Of a stretch of DNA of 63,033 nucleotides, positions 26,451-38,645 are shown piece by piece. The first letter of the stretch is position 1; every line of letters begins with the position of its first letter. A program made the position numbers and the translations under genes. Source of the stretch: Vicugna vicugna (lineage: Eukaryota); assembly GCA_013265495.1 (NCBI GenBank), contig MU058844.1:372001-435033 (forward strand), given 5' to 3'. The notes beneath the pieces were generated by a model. It ran no database searches and was not told the origin of the DNA. It was given only the letters and a program-made list of their open reading frames with translations.

Positions 26451-27689
26451 ATTAACATTTTTTTAAGGCCTCAAGCAGGAAAAAACTGATAAAAACTTAT
26501 TTAAAGAAAAAGTGCTCCTTAGATATTTAATTTTATAAGATCATCTCTTACATGTAAAGTGAAATATTTAAGTGTCTTTTTGCAAGCTACTATCAGATCC
26601 TGAGGGACACTAGCAAACACAAGATTCTGTCTTTCAGGTTATCATACTTGTTGCTAAAGATCAAATGTTTTAATTATTATTAAAAAGTTAAGTTATTTTC
26701 AAGTGTTAACAAATGTCTATTGTCTCTCTTACAATTCCCAAGCAGGCTCAATTCTAATACATCAAAAATTCTTTCTGCTTTGTATGGTTAAAACCATCTT
26801 CTTTTCTAGGCACATAGATAGAAGACATTGGAATTAATGGATTCTTTGCAGTCTAAACCAAAAGCCTCTGCAGACTCAGAGTTGATTTTTAGGTAGTATT
26901 TGATCTCCTTGATCAAATTTCAAAGAAAATATACATGAATATTTCAGTAAAAAGGAAAAGCTAAAATAAAACTGAACGTCAACTTTAAAAATCATTCAGA
27001 ACTGTCAACCTGAATTTCTCGTTAAGAATATTCAAATTTTGACTTTTGAAATTTTCCACTAAACCAACCACTAAAAAGAACTGCCTAGAACTTACATCTT
27101 AATTTTTCGAAGTCATTATACATTTTTTGGGGGCCCCTGGTTTAACATCTTTATTTTCCTAAACTAGAAATCCTAAATTCTAGGGAAATATTTTTAGTAT
27201 TTTAGTTTTAATAAAACATGTACCTGCCAGAAGCAGAAAGAAGGATCTTTTTACCTGGATCCATGGAAAATAATCAACAGGCTCTAGACTCAAAGGTGAA
27301 TTACCAGAAAACCAAAGATGCAAATCATCTTAACTTTCCTAAAGCCAGTGTCGCTAGGTATTTCTACATGTGACCAGAATCTTTGTAGGCAATATGCTTT
27401 CCAGGGCCTAGAAAATCAAAGGGTCCACTAGAGTTGCAGCTATTTCCTTGAGAAAAGAAAAAAATCAAATCTAAATTTTAATTCATGTTTGAATATAATC
27501 ATTTAATGCTAAGGTACTATCTTCACGAAATTTATAAATCTGGATTCAAAAAGAACATATTCTAACAGTAACATGTTTTCAGGAATGTTTCTTATAAAGC
27601 CCAATCTACAATTTATTACTTGCGAAACAAAAAAATCCATGCTTCTCCATGTAAACATGTCTTAGCATTAAGCATGAAGAGACAGCACT

Positions 27690-28990
27690 AAATTTATTCA
27701 TTTAATCAATATTTATTATGTATTTACCAAGTATAGGTGTTATTCCAGGCACTGAAGATGCAGCGGGGAACAAAACACATGAGTCCCTGTCCTCATGAAG
27801 TTTACATTTTAATGGAGGAAGACAGACAGAAAAGCAAGAAAATATCCAGTGTGCCAGAAATGATAAATGCTACTGAAAAAAGTAAAGCAAAGAAGGACAA
27901 TAGGGAGTCCAGGGGCAAGAGTTCTACTTTAAATGCAGTTGCCAAGGAAGGCCTCTCTAGGTAACAAATAAGATCTAAAGGAAAGGGAATAAATTATGAG
28001 GATTTTTGGGTAGGAAAGCATTCCAGGCAGAGGAAGCAGTAACTGCTAAGGCCCTGAAGCAGGAGCTTCCTAACATACCTACTTAACAGGAGACCAGTGT
28101 GGCAGCAGTGGAGTGATTACGTGTAAACTGACAGGAGTGATCTTCTAGATTAGAGAGAGGAATACTGAGGCTTGGGAGAGGAGACAACTACTCCTCAAAG
28201 GGAGTGCAACAAAAAAGAGGAGGCAGAGAGATGGGCAGGTATGCAAGGGAGTGATTTTAATGATGATCATGGGATCTATGCTAGCTAAGAAGAATGTATG
28301 AGCTATACAGGGACTGAAAAAGTAATTCCATCAATTGATGCAGGTCTTAATAATATGAGGATGAATAATTCTTGGAGGTGGAAAACAAGCAGGAGTTGGT
28401 AGTAAGCTAGCGGAATTCTAAAAAATCTATATTGGGAGGAAGGAGGAGAATTTATTTGTGACTGAAACATCTCTAGGGTATAAACATGGGAGTGGGGACT
28501 GAGATAGAAAAGATCAAGAAGTGAGAGGCTGGGGTGGTAGAGAGATCATTTACATGGACAAAGAATTAGAATAGAAACAGTGTTGGAGAGTGTAACAGTA
28601 GATCTAAAATCTTCAAGGAAGAGTGAAGACATTCGGGGAGGTGGGGGGGAGGGTAAGGAGAAGTGAACTGTGGGATGACAGGTGACAGACCAAAAAAAAA
28701 AAAAGATAAGTAGATGGTATAGTTTAAAGATGCAAACTGCAAAGCCAGAAATTGTAGAAAATGTTAGGGAGAAGAAAAGATGATCTGGATATGATAGTGA
28801 GGAGCCGCAGGGACACCTATTTCACCTCTAGGCTCGGTAGTAAAAAGATTTAGGAGAGAAAACCACAACCACTTAAGAGTGCTGGGGAAGCAGTGGCACC
28901 ACAGTCAGGTTTCTGTTGGAACCAGTAGGTGAAGGCAACACTCTGGAAGAGGTTAAGGTTATGAGAGATTTTAATGATGATAGTAAGTGG
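27690..28990 (-). mobile_element. L2 remnant(s)
   Basis: tcatttaatcaatatttatt...tattccaggcactgaagatgcagc; gcattccaggcagaggaagcag. Confidence 0.7.
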
Positions 28991-29707
28991 TAAAAGTAAC
29001 CATAAATATAACACAAGATAATGGAAGAATGCATCCTACAGTATGAGCTGGAGGGTTTACAGGCCAAAAGACAAGGACTTATGCCTATTTTCCACACACT
29101 GCCCAAAGAAATGAAACAAAAAAGGTATTGGATTATTGCCTATATATAGCTAGAATACAAAGCAGGCAGACAAAATGGTAAAAGCAGGAAAATATCATTA
29201 ATTTATTTTGTCAAATCAACCAGTACTCTGGCCCTAATAACGGCTTTTAAAAATAGGTACCACTACATGCATCATGTGATGAATTATCTTCTCCTCAAAA
29301 AGCAAATCAAACATTACCAAATATAGTAGAAGAAGGCTTAAAGAACTAGAAGAAAGCAATTCAAATATAAAATAATAAAAAGACTTGGGTCAAGTGAAAT
29401 AAAATGTATTAAAAACAAAAACAAAACCTCATCTATTTAGTGTCTGGCTCTTGAAGAAACGCAGAAAAAATTAAACAAGACTACTTAAAATTTATGCCCA
29501 AGTTGGCCCATTAGAAAAACTAATTAAAATAGAAGAAATTCACCAAACAATAAAACAATGACCAGAACCAATACGAAAGTTATGAAACAGCACTCTAAAA
29601 TGTAAGTTTTTCATAGTTTATTAGATTGCAATATATAGTATGGGACAATTTTTAAACAATTTATACTAAGTGTGTTTGATCCCTAGTCAGAAATCTACAA
29701 AATTTTA

Positions 29708-29765
29708 TTGACACAACATTGTAAAAAGATTATAAATCAATAAAAAATGTTAAAAAAAAGAAAAA
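29708..29765 (+). mobile_element. Extremely 5'-truncated young L1 (last ~45 nt plus A tail) with perfect 19-bp TSD
   Basis: TSD agaaatctacaaaatttta at 29689-29707 and 29766-29784; the insert resembles the reverse complement of the L1 end at ~62840-62885. Confidence 0.85.
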
Positions 29766-29849
29766 AGAAATCTACAAAATTTTAGACCAGAAGACTGATG
29801 CCATAATTGTGTTTACATGGTTCACTGGATGTACTGAAAAAAGGCTTTA

Positions 29850-30104
<255 letters not shown>

Positions 30105-31765
30105 TTAAAAAAAAAAAAAGAATGGTTTACAAACATAGTTATACTGTATTCAAAGCAGAATGATTATTAGAGCTAAAATTTATTAATCATGAATCCCTGA
30201 AGAATAAACGCCATGCCACTAGACTGGTAAATCTGGTACCCGTTATCATAGAAGAAACTCAGACTATGCCACAAAATATGTTAGCTTAACTACTACAACA
30301 AACCCTTAATGCATTATTCACTATTTCATCCAAATTATTCCTCAAATTTTTGTTTTTCATCTATCCAAATGTTTGGAAGAGATCTTCATGTTCACTCATC
30401 TATTAATAGAACTTCTTTTCCTTATCTAAAAGATACATCCAAAAAGCTGAAAAGAGATTACATGGTTGAATTATTAAAGTTGAAGATCAGAGAAATACCT
30501 AATCTTCCAGATAAAGGATCACCTGAATTTCTAGTCATAAAGATTGTAGCTGAGCAGTTTTTCTAGATAAGCATTTCTCCAAGCACCTTTGGCAGAACAG
30601 TACGACTATAAGAGGTCTCCCTTAAAAAGGGTTCTGTGGTCAAATAAATTTGGGAATAAGTGAATAGTATCCCTTCCCACCATTAATAGCCCTCAGAAGA
30701 ACAAAATTTGGGCAGTACTCCTCCAAGCATCTTCAGAAATGCCCTGGCTGGATCCCATTCTTTTAGGTACCAACTAACCAAGCCTGTTTTTCAAAGACCT
30801 TGACAAATACTGTTGTACTTAGATCAATACACATTCTAAGGAGCATGATTTTCAGCTTTTATTAAACTTATGTGTATAGATGTCTATAAATTTTAATTTT
30901 TAGGATTTCAACATCAACCTGTTTGAACCAGACTAGCAATTAAGCAATAAGGTATATTTTAGCAAAACAGGGTAAGGTATGAGATGGAACACTGTAACAT
31001 GGCTACAATGAACATTTAATCTATCAAAGGGTTTCTAATGAAGGATGGGGTTTTACATAATGTAAAACACGAATGAGACTCAATCTTTGCAGGTTCAAAA
31101 AGTATTGCTATTACCTAGTCTAATTCCATCACTATCTTAGTACTTACTGAATATACAACAAAAACTCAAATTAAAACTGGTAAGAAGAGGGAAGAAAATA
31201 TACTTTTATTAAAATTTACAATAAAAACAATGTAGCTTAAGAAAATATGTTATCATTTCTGCACATAAGACTCTGCTATAGAGATAAAGGACAACATCTC
31301 ATTCATATGTTGTTCCTAGTTCTTAGCATAACGGCTAGAATTGAATAAGTACTAAATAGACTGTGACCGAATAAAATACTTATAATTTAGGATTATTCAA
31401 TGTCAACAAAAGATAAGATAAACAACTGCTTAAGCTAACAGATATGATCCTAAGAGAAAAGTATAAAAACTAGTTAACTTTTCCAAAAAGCTAAAGAACG
31501 CTTCAGGAAGTAAATATAGCATTTCTAACAGCATGTCTGTCCTATAACAAATGAAGTATTCACTGAAACATAATGATAATGATTTTTATTTAAAACATTT
31601 ATAAGCCCAGACACTGGGTAAATAAGTTCACTGAAATAATTTTTAAAAACAAAATTAAAGAAAGAATCATCAGAAAAGAAAGCAGAAAATACCAAAACAA
31701 GAAAATTAAACCATTTCAGATTAAGCAAACAGACTTTTTTTTTTCAATTGAACTTCAATACATAC

Positions 31766-31826
31766 CAATTATAGTCATCTGGAAGACAATACGTAGATTT
31801 ATGATAAACACAATACAAGGCTCCAT
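31766..31826 (-). CDS. MRPL42: MRPL42 exon 3: (N)GALYCVYHKSTYCLPDDYN(C)
   Basis: Acceptor tttttgcag|AT, donor TG|GTATGT; 61 nt, phase 1 to 2, in frame with neighbouring exons. Confidence 0.95.
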
Positions 31827-31899
31827 CTGCAAAAACCCCAAATAGTAAGACGGATTTAGTTAATTTAAGCATATGTTCTCACATAAATGTAATGTTAAT

Positions 31900-32340
31900 T
31901 TCACTCATTCAACCAATATTTACCATATTTACTATGAAACAGGGCTATAGTAGGGGCTAGGGATTCAACAAGATCCAGCCCCTGCCCTCAAAAAGGGTGC
32001 AAGTCCAGTGACAGACAGACAAGTAAACAAACAATTCCAATATAAAGATAAGTCTTGTTAGGAGGGGTAAGCATTGGGAGTGACAGGGGCACAGGGACTG
32101 ATTACAAAACAGGATTGTGCAAGTTCAAGAATGCCTTTCCAGTGAAGATAACACTTCAGGTGTTCTGAAAGATGAAGGAATGAGTTGGAGTTGGTAGGGG
32201 ATGAGTACAGTGTTCCTTGCAGAGGGAATAAAAAGTACCAAGGAAAAGGGGAAAGAAAGAACATGAAGTATTTGAGTATTCTAAAAACTTCAGTGTGATT
32301 GGAGTGCATAACTCATTAAGGGAGAGTGTTAAGTGATGAA
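31900..32340 (-). mobile_element. L2 remnant
   Basis: cactcattcaaccaatatttac...ccagcccctgccctcaa...gtccagtg. Confidence 0.65.
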
Positions 32341-35300
32341 ATACAAAATAAACTGTTTAAAATTAACTTTTCTTAATCAAAATGCTGACAATTCAAAATA
32401 TATTTTCCTTTTTTAGAAAATCTGCAAATTCAAGAGCCATGATTACTTTTTTAAAAGGTTCCCCTCTGTTCAGAGAAATGGTATTCTTTTAAATATAAAG
32501 AAAACATGTATAGTTTAAAAAAAATTCTGAATATATCTTGGTTAAAGCCAAGGATCGGCATCTCCAACTGAGCCTCTTGCTCCTCAGTATGGAATGCCAT
32601 CCCCACTCTGTTCAAATACCACTTATCTTTCGAAAGTCAAATGCTACTCTTCTGTGAAATCCTTTTTCCCTCTCTGCCCATCACGGAATTGTCTATGTTA
32701 TATGTCTCATAACCAACACTTCATACGACATTATTATACAATTTTTGTGGCCCTTTTTTTCCTGCATTAAGTTATTTATATGTATCAAAATGTCTAAAAA
32801 AAGATCTGTTTTCCTTCTCTGTATACCTCTCCTTTCTCCAAGGATTGCATATACTTAGAGGTCTAAATATAAACCCTTACTCCAATGCACTAAAAGGTAC
32901 CTTAACAAAATTCACTATTATTAATAAAAGATTACTCAGCAAAATGTCAACCCTAAAATGTGATTGATGTGAAGATAACAAAACACAAAGAATTAGAAAT
33001 ATAACCTCATCTTCCAGAAGACTTATTAATTTTCAATTATCTGTGTTAATACAGAGGAGTATTAAGAAAAATCAGAGAGTAATATAAAAAGCATTTACAC
33101 ATATTTTATTTTCTTGTTTGACATTTTAAGGATCTTCTTAATTATGGATGGATTAATATTAAGTCTATATTCTCTGAATATAAACCAGCTAGGTGATGTA
33201 CATGTTAGCTGAAAGAAACAGGGCTGGGTGGCAGAGACAGGACAGAAATTTAGTGGTCTTAACTGGGCAGGAGGGAAAACTCAAGACAACAGTATTTTAG
33301 TTCAACAAGAAACTCTAAAATTTCTACCCTCATGACATACATCACATTCTACTTCATATTCCAGGTATTATTTCCATAGATGTCTGTTTCAACTACAAGT
33401 CTAAGTAAGTTCCTTAGTCACATCTTGTTCATTACTGTATCCCCTACAGAGGTTATCATTAAAAAAAAGATTGCCAAACTACCTCTAAAATGTTAATTTC
33501 AGTATAATACTTGAAAAACTCATCTGACATATAACTAAGAGAAAAATTCTAGATATGGTTAAGTATACTTAACACATAATAAGACGTGATGCCAAAGTTA
33601 GAATCATCAATCCAAAGCAACTTAGTGTGCCAAAAAGAATTTTAATGAGTTAGCTCTCCATATCTTACAGGGTTTTGTTTATATATATATGTGTGTGTAC
33701 ACACACACACACGTTTAATTGCATTTTGATATGATCTACAAAAGCTGATAGTTCACTTCATTTTCAAATGTTCAATATTTGAAATTACTACAAGAAAGGC
33801 AGTACAGCAGAAAGTATACTGGGGAGACACAAGTTTTGATCATAGCTCTAATTTCCCAGATATGCAGCACTGGGTAAGTTTCTGATGGGCAGAGAACTCA
33901 AGTTCCTTCACCTTCAGAAAGAGAATAATACCATGGGATAGGTAAGCTACTGTAAAATGCAAAGTTGTAAAGATCAAATGACTTAATGAGCTTAAAAGCT
34001 GTGAAATTCCCATGTTGCCTGTATGCTTCAGAAGGTTTTAAATGTTCCTTCTGGAACATAGGAAGGCCGTTTTATTTGTGCTCACTGAACTTTCTAATTA
34101 CAGTTTTGCTTTGCCTCTAATCTTAATGTCCTTCCTTCTCATATAAAATATCAATAATAATAGTAATAATAGTTTACCTTCAATAGTAATAGTAGAAATT
34201 GTGTATAACAAGGGGCTTAAGGATGCAAGAAGTTAGGTAGTCACTGATTATTAGAATGATTGAGTAATAACAGAATAATTTTCTGGGGTAACTCAAATTA
34301 ATTTTTCACTAATTATTTTCACAACTCCAATCCACTGAGATCCAATAAGCATTTATTTATCACTCATCATGTATGAGAGGCACCAAGGAAACTAAAATAA
34401 ATTAGACAAATTTACAATTGAGTTGGTAAAGTATACATAGACAATTTTAACTTATCCAGGGGCAGATTAACTCGTTTTCAGATTAACCTGAGTTAGGACA
34501 AACTGCTGTTTCAGGACATGAACTAGGTAAAAACTAATTAGGTCTGACTTCTCATCAGCCTTGGGGCTGAGTTCCTATCAGGGCAAAGGGGAGGCTAAGC
34601 AAGAGAGATCTCTCTCCTAAATCTCAACAACGAAAATGCTCCTAGGTAATCAAGAGCTGACTCTCGTTTTGTTTTGTTCTATGATTTCAGTGTATACTAA
34701 AGTATACACTAATATATAAAGTCTCACCAATCTCCTCCTCTGTTTACTTAATTATACTACTTTTTACCCTAGTTTTCAACCAACTCTTTCCCCCTTAACT
34801 CAGTAAACAAATGTTCAATTACAAATGGTAGTAAATAGGAAACATGAAGGAGGAGACTGAGGTCAGGCAGTGGTATGTAAAAATCAGTTGACTAGCTAGC
34901 TAAACATGAAGAAGCAAACCTATTGTAGCCTTCTAACCTGTCTGCTTTAGAAATGGGAGAATGCAGTTCACAGACAGAAAAAGAAATGTGAAATTTGATT
35001 GGGAAATAAGATTTTAATAGTCTGCTTATTTATATGGTCAATATTTTGACTATCAAACATGTATGATCAATGTTTCGAAGAAAATATTAGACTATATACA
35101 TTTCTTTGAAAAGAAAGAAATTATATTTTTTAAAAAATGGCTAGGTACATAGAAAAAACACAAAGAGAATACACCCAAATATTAACAATGATTATCTAAG
35201 ATGGAATTGTAAATTTGTCCTTTATTTGCTGATTTTTAGGAACTAAAAATTAAATTATGTGAAAACATAATAAATATAAGTTACTCAAACCAGAAAAAGT

Positions 35301-35654
35301 TCCTCTTTATCAATCCCTCACTTGCCCTCAGCTAAATTCCACTTATGGTCTACACAGATAACCTATTTGGCCCATATCTTTTACTCTGCATTTATATATG
35401 TACACATACACACACATATGGTAGGTCATCTTTCAAATGCACAAGATCATAACAGCTGTATCATACTTATAGTAAAGATGTACCATAATTTATCCATCTC
35501 CCTTTTGATAGACGTCTAGGCTTTCTCTGCCTTTTCCATTATTGCAAGCACTCCTGCTACACAATATAACCAAATGGCTTAAGTTTTCTACAATTAGCAC
35601 ATATTTCTGTAACATCTGAAGGAGACTGATGGATTGACTGATATATGTATGCAT

Positions 35655-35722
35655 AGGGAGGTACTGGGGATTGAACTCAGGACCTTGCGCGCACTCTATC
35701 ACTGAAGTATACCCACCCCTGC
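35655..35722 (-). mobile_element. tRNA-derived SINE (Vic-1-like), degenerate
   Basis: ggaggtactggggattgaactcaggacct...cactgaagtatacccacccc is the reverse complement of the SINE type at 5583. Confidence 0.75.
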
Positions 35723-35755
35723 TGAATAAGTTTAACTTTTTAAACATTAAACTCA

Positions 35756-35991
35756 GGGTGGGGGATGAGGAGGGATAAATTAGGAGTTTGGGATTAGCAG
35801 ATACAAACCACTCTATACAAAACAGATAAACAACAGGGTCCTACTGTATAACACAGAGAACTATATTCAGTAGCTTGTAATAACCTATAATGAAATAGAA
35901 TATGAAAAATGTATACTTATAATCGAATCATTATGCTGTACACTAGAAACTAACACAACATTGTAAATCAACTATACTCCAATTAAAAAAA
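35756..35991 (+). mobile_element. 5'-truncated L1 3' end abutting the MRPL42 exon-2 splice donor
   Basis: gggataaattaggagtttgggattagcagatacaaac...aactatactccaattaaaaa; flanked by aaactca / aaactca. Confidence 0.88.
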
Positions 35992-35999
35992 AAACTCAC

Positions 36000-36069
36000 T
36001 TTGAATTGGAAATAGATGTTTAAAGACAGTTCTGTATGATATTGCCCGTTTTACTGCTGCTAATGCCAT
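36000..36069 (-). CDS. MRPL42: MRPL42 coding exon 1 (exon 2; whole exon 36000-36163 with 94 nt 5'UTR): MALAAVKRAISYRTVFKHLFPIQ+1 nt
   Basis: ATG in a strong Kozak context (CACCATGG); acceptor tttctttatctcttacgcag|G at 36164-36165; donor A|GTGAGT at 35999-35998. The Arg/Lys-containing, acid-free N-terminus fits a mitochondrial presequence. Confidence 0.95.
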
Positions 36070-36306
36070 GGTGAATCAAGATGCTTATCAGGTGGTACGA
36101 AATAAGATGACTTGATAAGAAACTGCTCTTAAAATCTGCTTCTAGGCGCACCTTTTCTCATCCCTGCGTAAGAGATAAAGAAAAATCAGTGCTACCTATG
36201 GTAAATAAAGTGATACATTGTACACTACAAAATCGGTCAGTACCTATAACTACAGTCGCCTAATGCAAAATTTTAAACAGCTTTCAACTTCCGCACAATA
36301 CAGGGC

Positions 36307-36368
36307 AAAAAGCAACATCATCAAAACATAAAATCAGAAAAAGCAGTATCATCAAAACATAAAATCAG
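36307..36368. repeat. 31-bp tandem duplication in MRPL42 intron 1
   Basis: aaaaagcaacatcatcaaaacataaaatcag / aaaaagcagtatcatcaaaacataaaatcag (29/31 identical). Confidence 0.9.
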
Positions 36369-37479
36369 AAACCCCAGAACTATGCCCATTACCATTTTTC
36401 TTAAATGCAAACTTTTCAGCACCGCATGTAGTTCTTTCCATTCGTGAGTGCTCAGCAAATGTGTAATTACTCTCAGAAATAGTCACTCACAAATGCTACA
36501 CAGAGCATTTTCCTTCATAAAGTTAATGTGTCTGTGTCCAACCTTCAGGTATTGTACACAAGATCTTATTATATCTCTTAAAGTGGTATTCTGTTTCTGA
36601 TTAAATGAAATATTAAACAAGAACGCCTATCCTTAGCTTATTAAATACTGATTTAGAGGAACAAATATAAACACCCTAAAGTCCTAAATAAAATTTCACC
36701 CTCTTGTATGAGTCTTAATTTTCCAAGGTGCTTTCACTACTATGTCATTTTACTCTCATATTAATCATGAGGTACCTTTATTTTGATTCATGAAGAAACT
36801 AAAGTACAAAATTGAAATAATTTGCTTCCAAGAACTTTATAGTCAATTATTTACAAACTGGGAAAGTTTGGGCAAGTCACTAAACGACCCTCAGTTCCTT
36901 CCATTCCACGGTAAAATGGGGGAAAACAACCACAACCTCCAGGGCTGTTGTTAATAAATGACATACATCACTTGTTTCTAACTGGCCTCGATGACTACTC
37001 CCCACTCCCCTCTCCAGCATTAGCGATAAAATCCTATTTCATGAGTCTTATTTGCTAAACTAGGCAGGCTGGTTCCTTGCCCTGACAGTACATTAGCACT
37101 GTCATCTCTGAGTTCCTACGGTGTGCTTTTTACAGTTTACAACCCGTTTTTCCTATACATTATGTGCTCTTTCACAATCCTCTTAAGTAAACATCTCCAT
37201 TTGAAACATTAAGAACCGAGGCGCAGTGAGGTCAAACGGTTTACCACCCTTTAAACCGCTGCTTAGTAAGTGGCATGGGGGAGACGCAAACCCACGTCTT
37301 CTGACCACAAAACGAGGAACAAAACATTTTGGAGGACATCAGGTGCCCTCTACCCGAGGCCCAGGGGTCAAATTATTCATCCCAGAGAGAGAAATTCAGA
37401 GCGTAAATCCCTCGGCCCGAAATTCAACCCTGAAGCAAAAGCTGCGGAGAGCCTTGGAGGAACCGAGGTTTGAGTAACA

Positions 37480-37970
37480 GCCTACCAGGAAGAGCACCCA
37501 GGGTCAAAATCAAAAGATTTAGACCTAGAGAAGTCCCTGAGGACTGGCCGAGACACGAAGGGAGCCCCACAGGAAGCCGGCGGCCGCACGCCGGACCTTC
37601 GGCAGGACGGACCGAATCTGGTGATGCCAGAGGCTTTATCCTGCCGCGAACAACAGGCCGGAGACAACGACACCTGCCGATGAACTTTCTGGGCCTGCCC
37701 AGCTTCTAGGGACTTTTAGACGGGAGAAGGAGAGGGCGGCGGTTACCTTCACAGTGGCTCACCTTCACAGTGGCTCACCGCGAGCCCGCCATCTTGCTTC
37801 AATCCGGGTCCTAGGAGACACCCCTCCACGCGCCTCCCCAGCCCGCGGGGCACTCTGGGAAATGCAGTCTCCGCCGGAAAGAGCCCTGGGTGCCCCAGGA
37901 CGGCGGGGATCCACCCATCGTGCTCCCGCGTTTAGCTGCCTCCAGCTTGCCTGCGACTTTACCCGCGTTA
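37480..37970 (-). promoter_or_regulatory. MRPL42 CpG-island promoter with ZNF143/SBS (37850-37868), ETS-like CCGGAAA (~37875) and YY1 (CAAGATGGCGG, ~37786-37796) motifs
   Basis: GC/CpG-rich segment in an AT-rich background; the minus strand reads ACTGCATTTCCCAGAGTGC (SBS consensus ACTACAnTTCCCAGnATGC) and CAAGATGGCGG. Confidence 0.8.
37747..37810 (-). other. MRPL42: MRPL42 non-coding exon 1 (5' end approximate; three possible donors, exon ending at 37779, 37763 or 37747)
   Basis: Lies in the CpG island ~1.6 kb upstream of exon 2; donors GCG|GTGAGC, AAG|GTGAGC and AAG|GTAACC; YY1 motif of the kind usually found just downstream of a TSS. Confidence 0.75.
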
Positions 37971-37972
37971 CC

Positions 37973-38001
<29 letters not shown>
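37973..38001. repeat. Pure A29 tract at the edge of the MRPL42 CpG island
   Basis: 29 consecutive A. Confidence 0.9.
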
Positions 38002-38003
<2 letters not shown>

Positions 38004-38289
38004 ACCACCCACAAATACCCTTAAAAAACAAAAGCACTATTTTTTTTATTTATACTAAATAATTAGAGGAACTTGAGATCCCTCTTTGGATGAGTTGTTT
38101 TCCTAGGAGAAAAGGCATTTCAGCGAAGCACTGAAGTGGGTGGGGTTGGAGTTGATATATGAAATGGGAAAGCTTGAAAACCCAGCCCCGTATTCTGAGA
38201 ACTGTGCTGGTTATTCATTATAGGAGGAAGACATGTGCAGAATTCTTGACCTTGTCTTATAGCTTAGAGGGAAGAAAAGGCCTCTAGGC

Positions 38290-38645
38290 CTTCGCACTTT
38301 CTGTTCTCGTAGCCAGGAATGCTCTTCTCTCACCTCTTCTCATTACCATTGCCTTACTTCATACAGGTTTTGCTACAATCTTATCTTAGAGAGGACCAAA
38401 TCATTAAAATAGCCTTACCCGCCCTTATCCCATTGCCTTCCTTCATTTTTTCATAACATTTACCATTATATGATATTACACTGTCATTTATTTCCTCATT
38501 TAATGTCTGTCACTTATGCCAGAGTACCAGATCCATTAAGGCAGGGAGGGGCAGGTATCTATTTTGTTCTACACTGTGTACAAATCCAACATCTATAACT
38601 GTGCTTGGCTTCATTGTGGGCCTCCAATATTAGTTGAATGAATAA
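38290..38645 (+). mobile_element. L2 3' end
   Basis: ccaggaatgctcttc...gtgcttggc...caatattagttgaatgaat. Confidence 0.7.

Noticed and set aside
37226..38062. Cluster of ORFs including poly-Lys and poly-Phe peptides
   Set aside because: Artefacts of the CpG island and the A29 tract.
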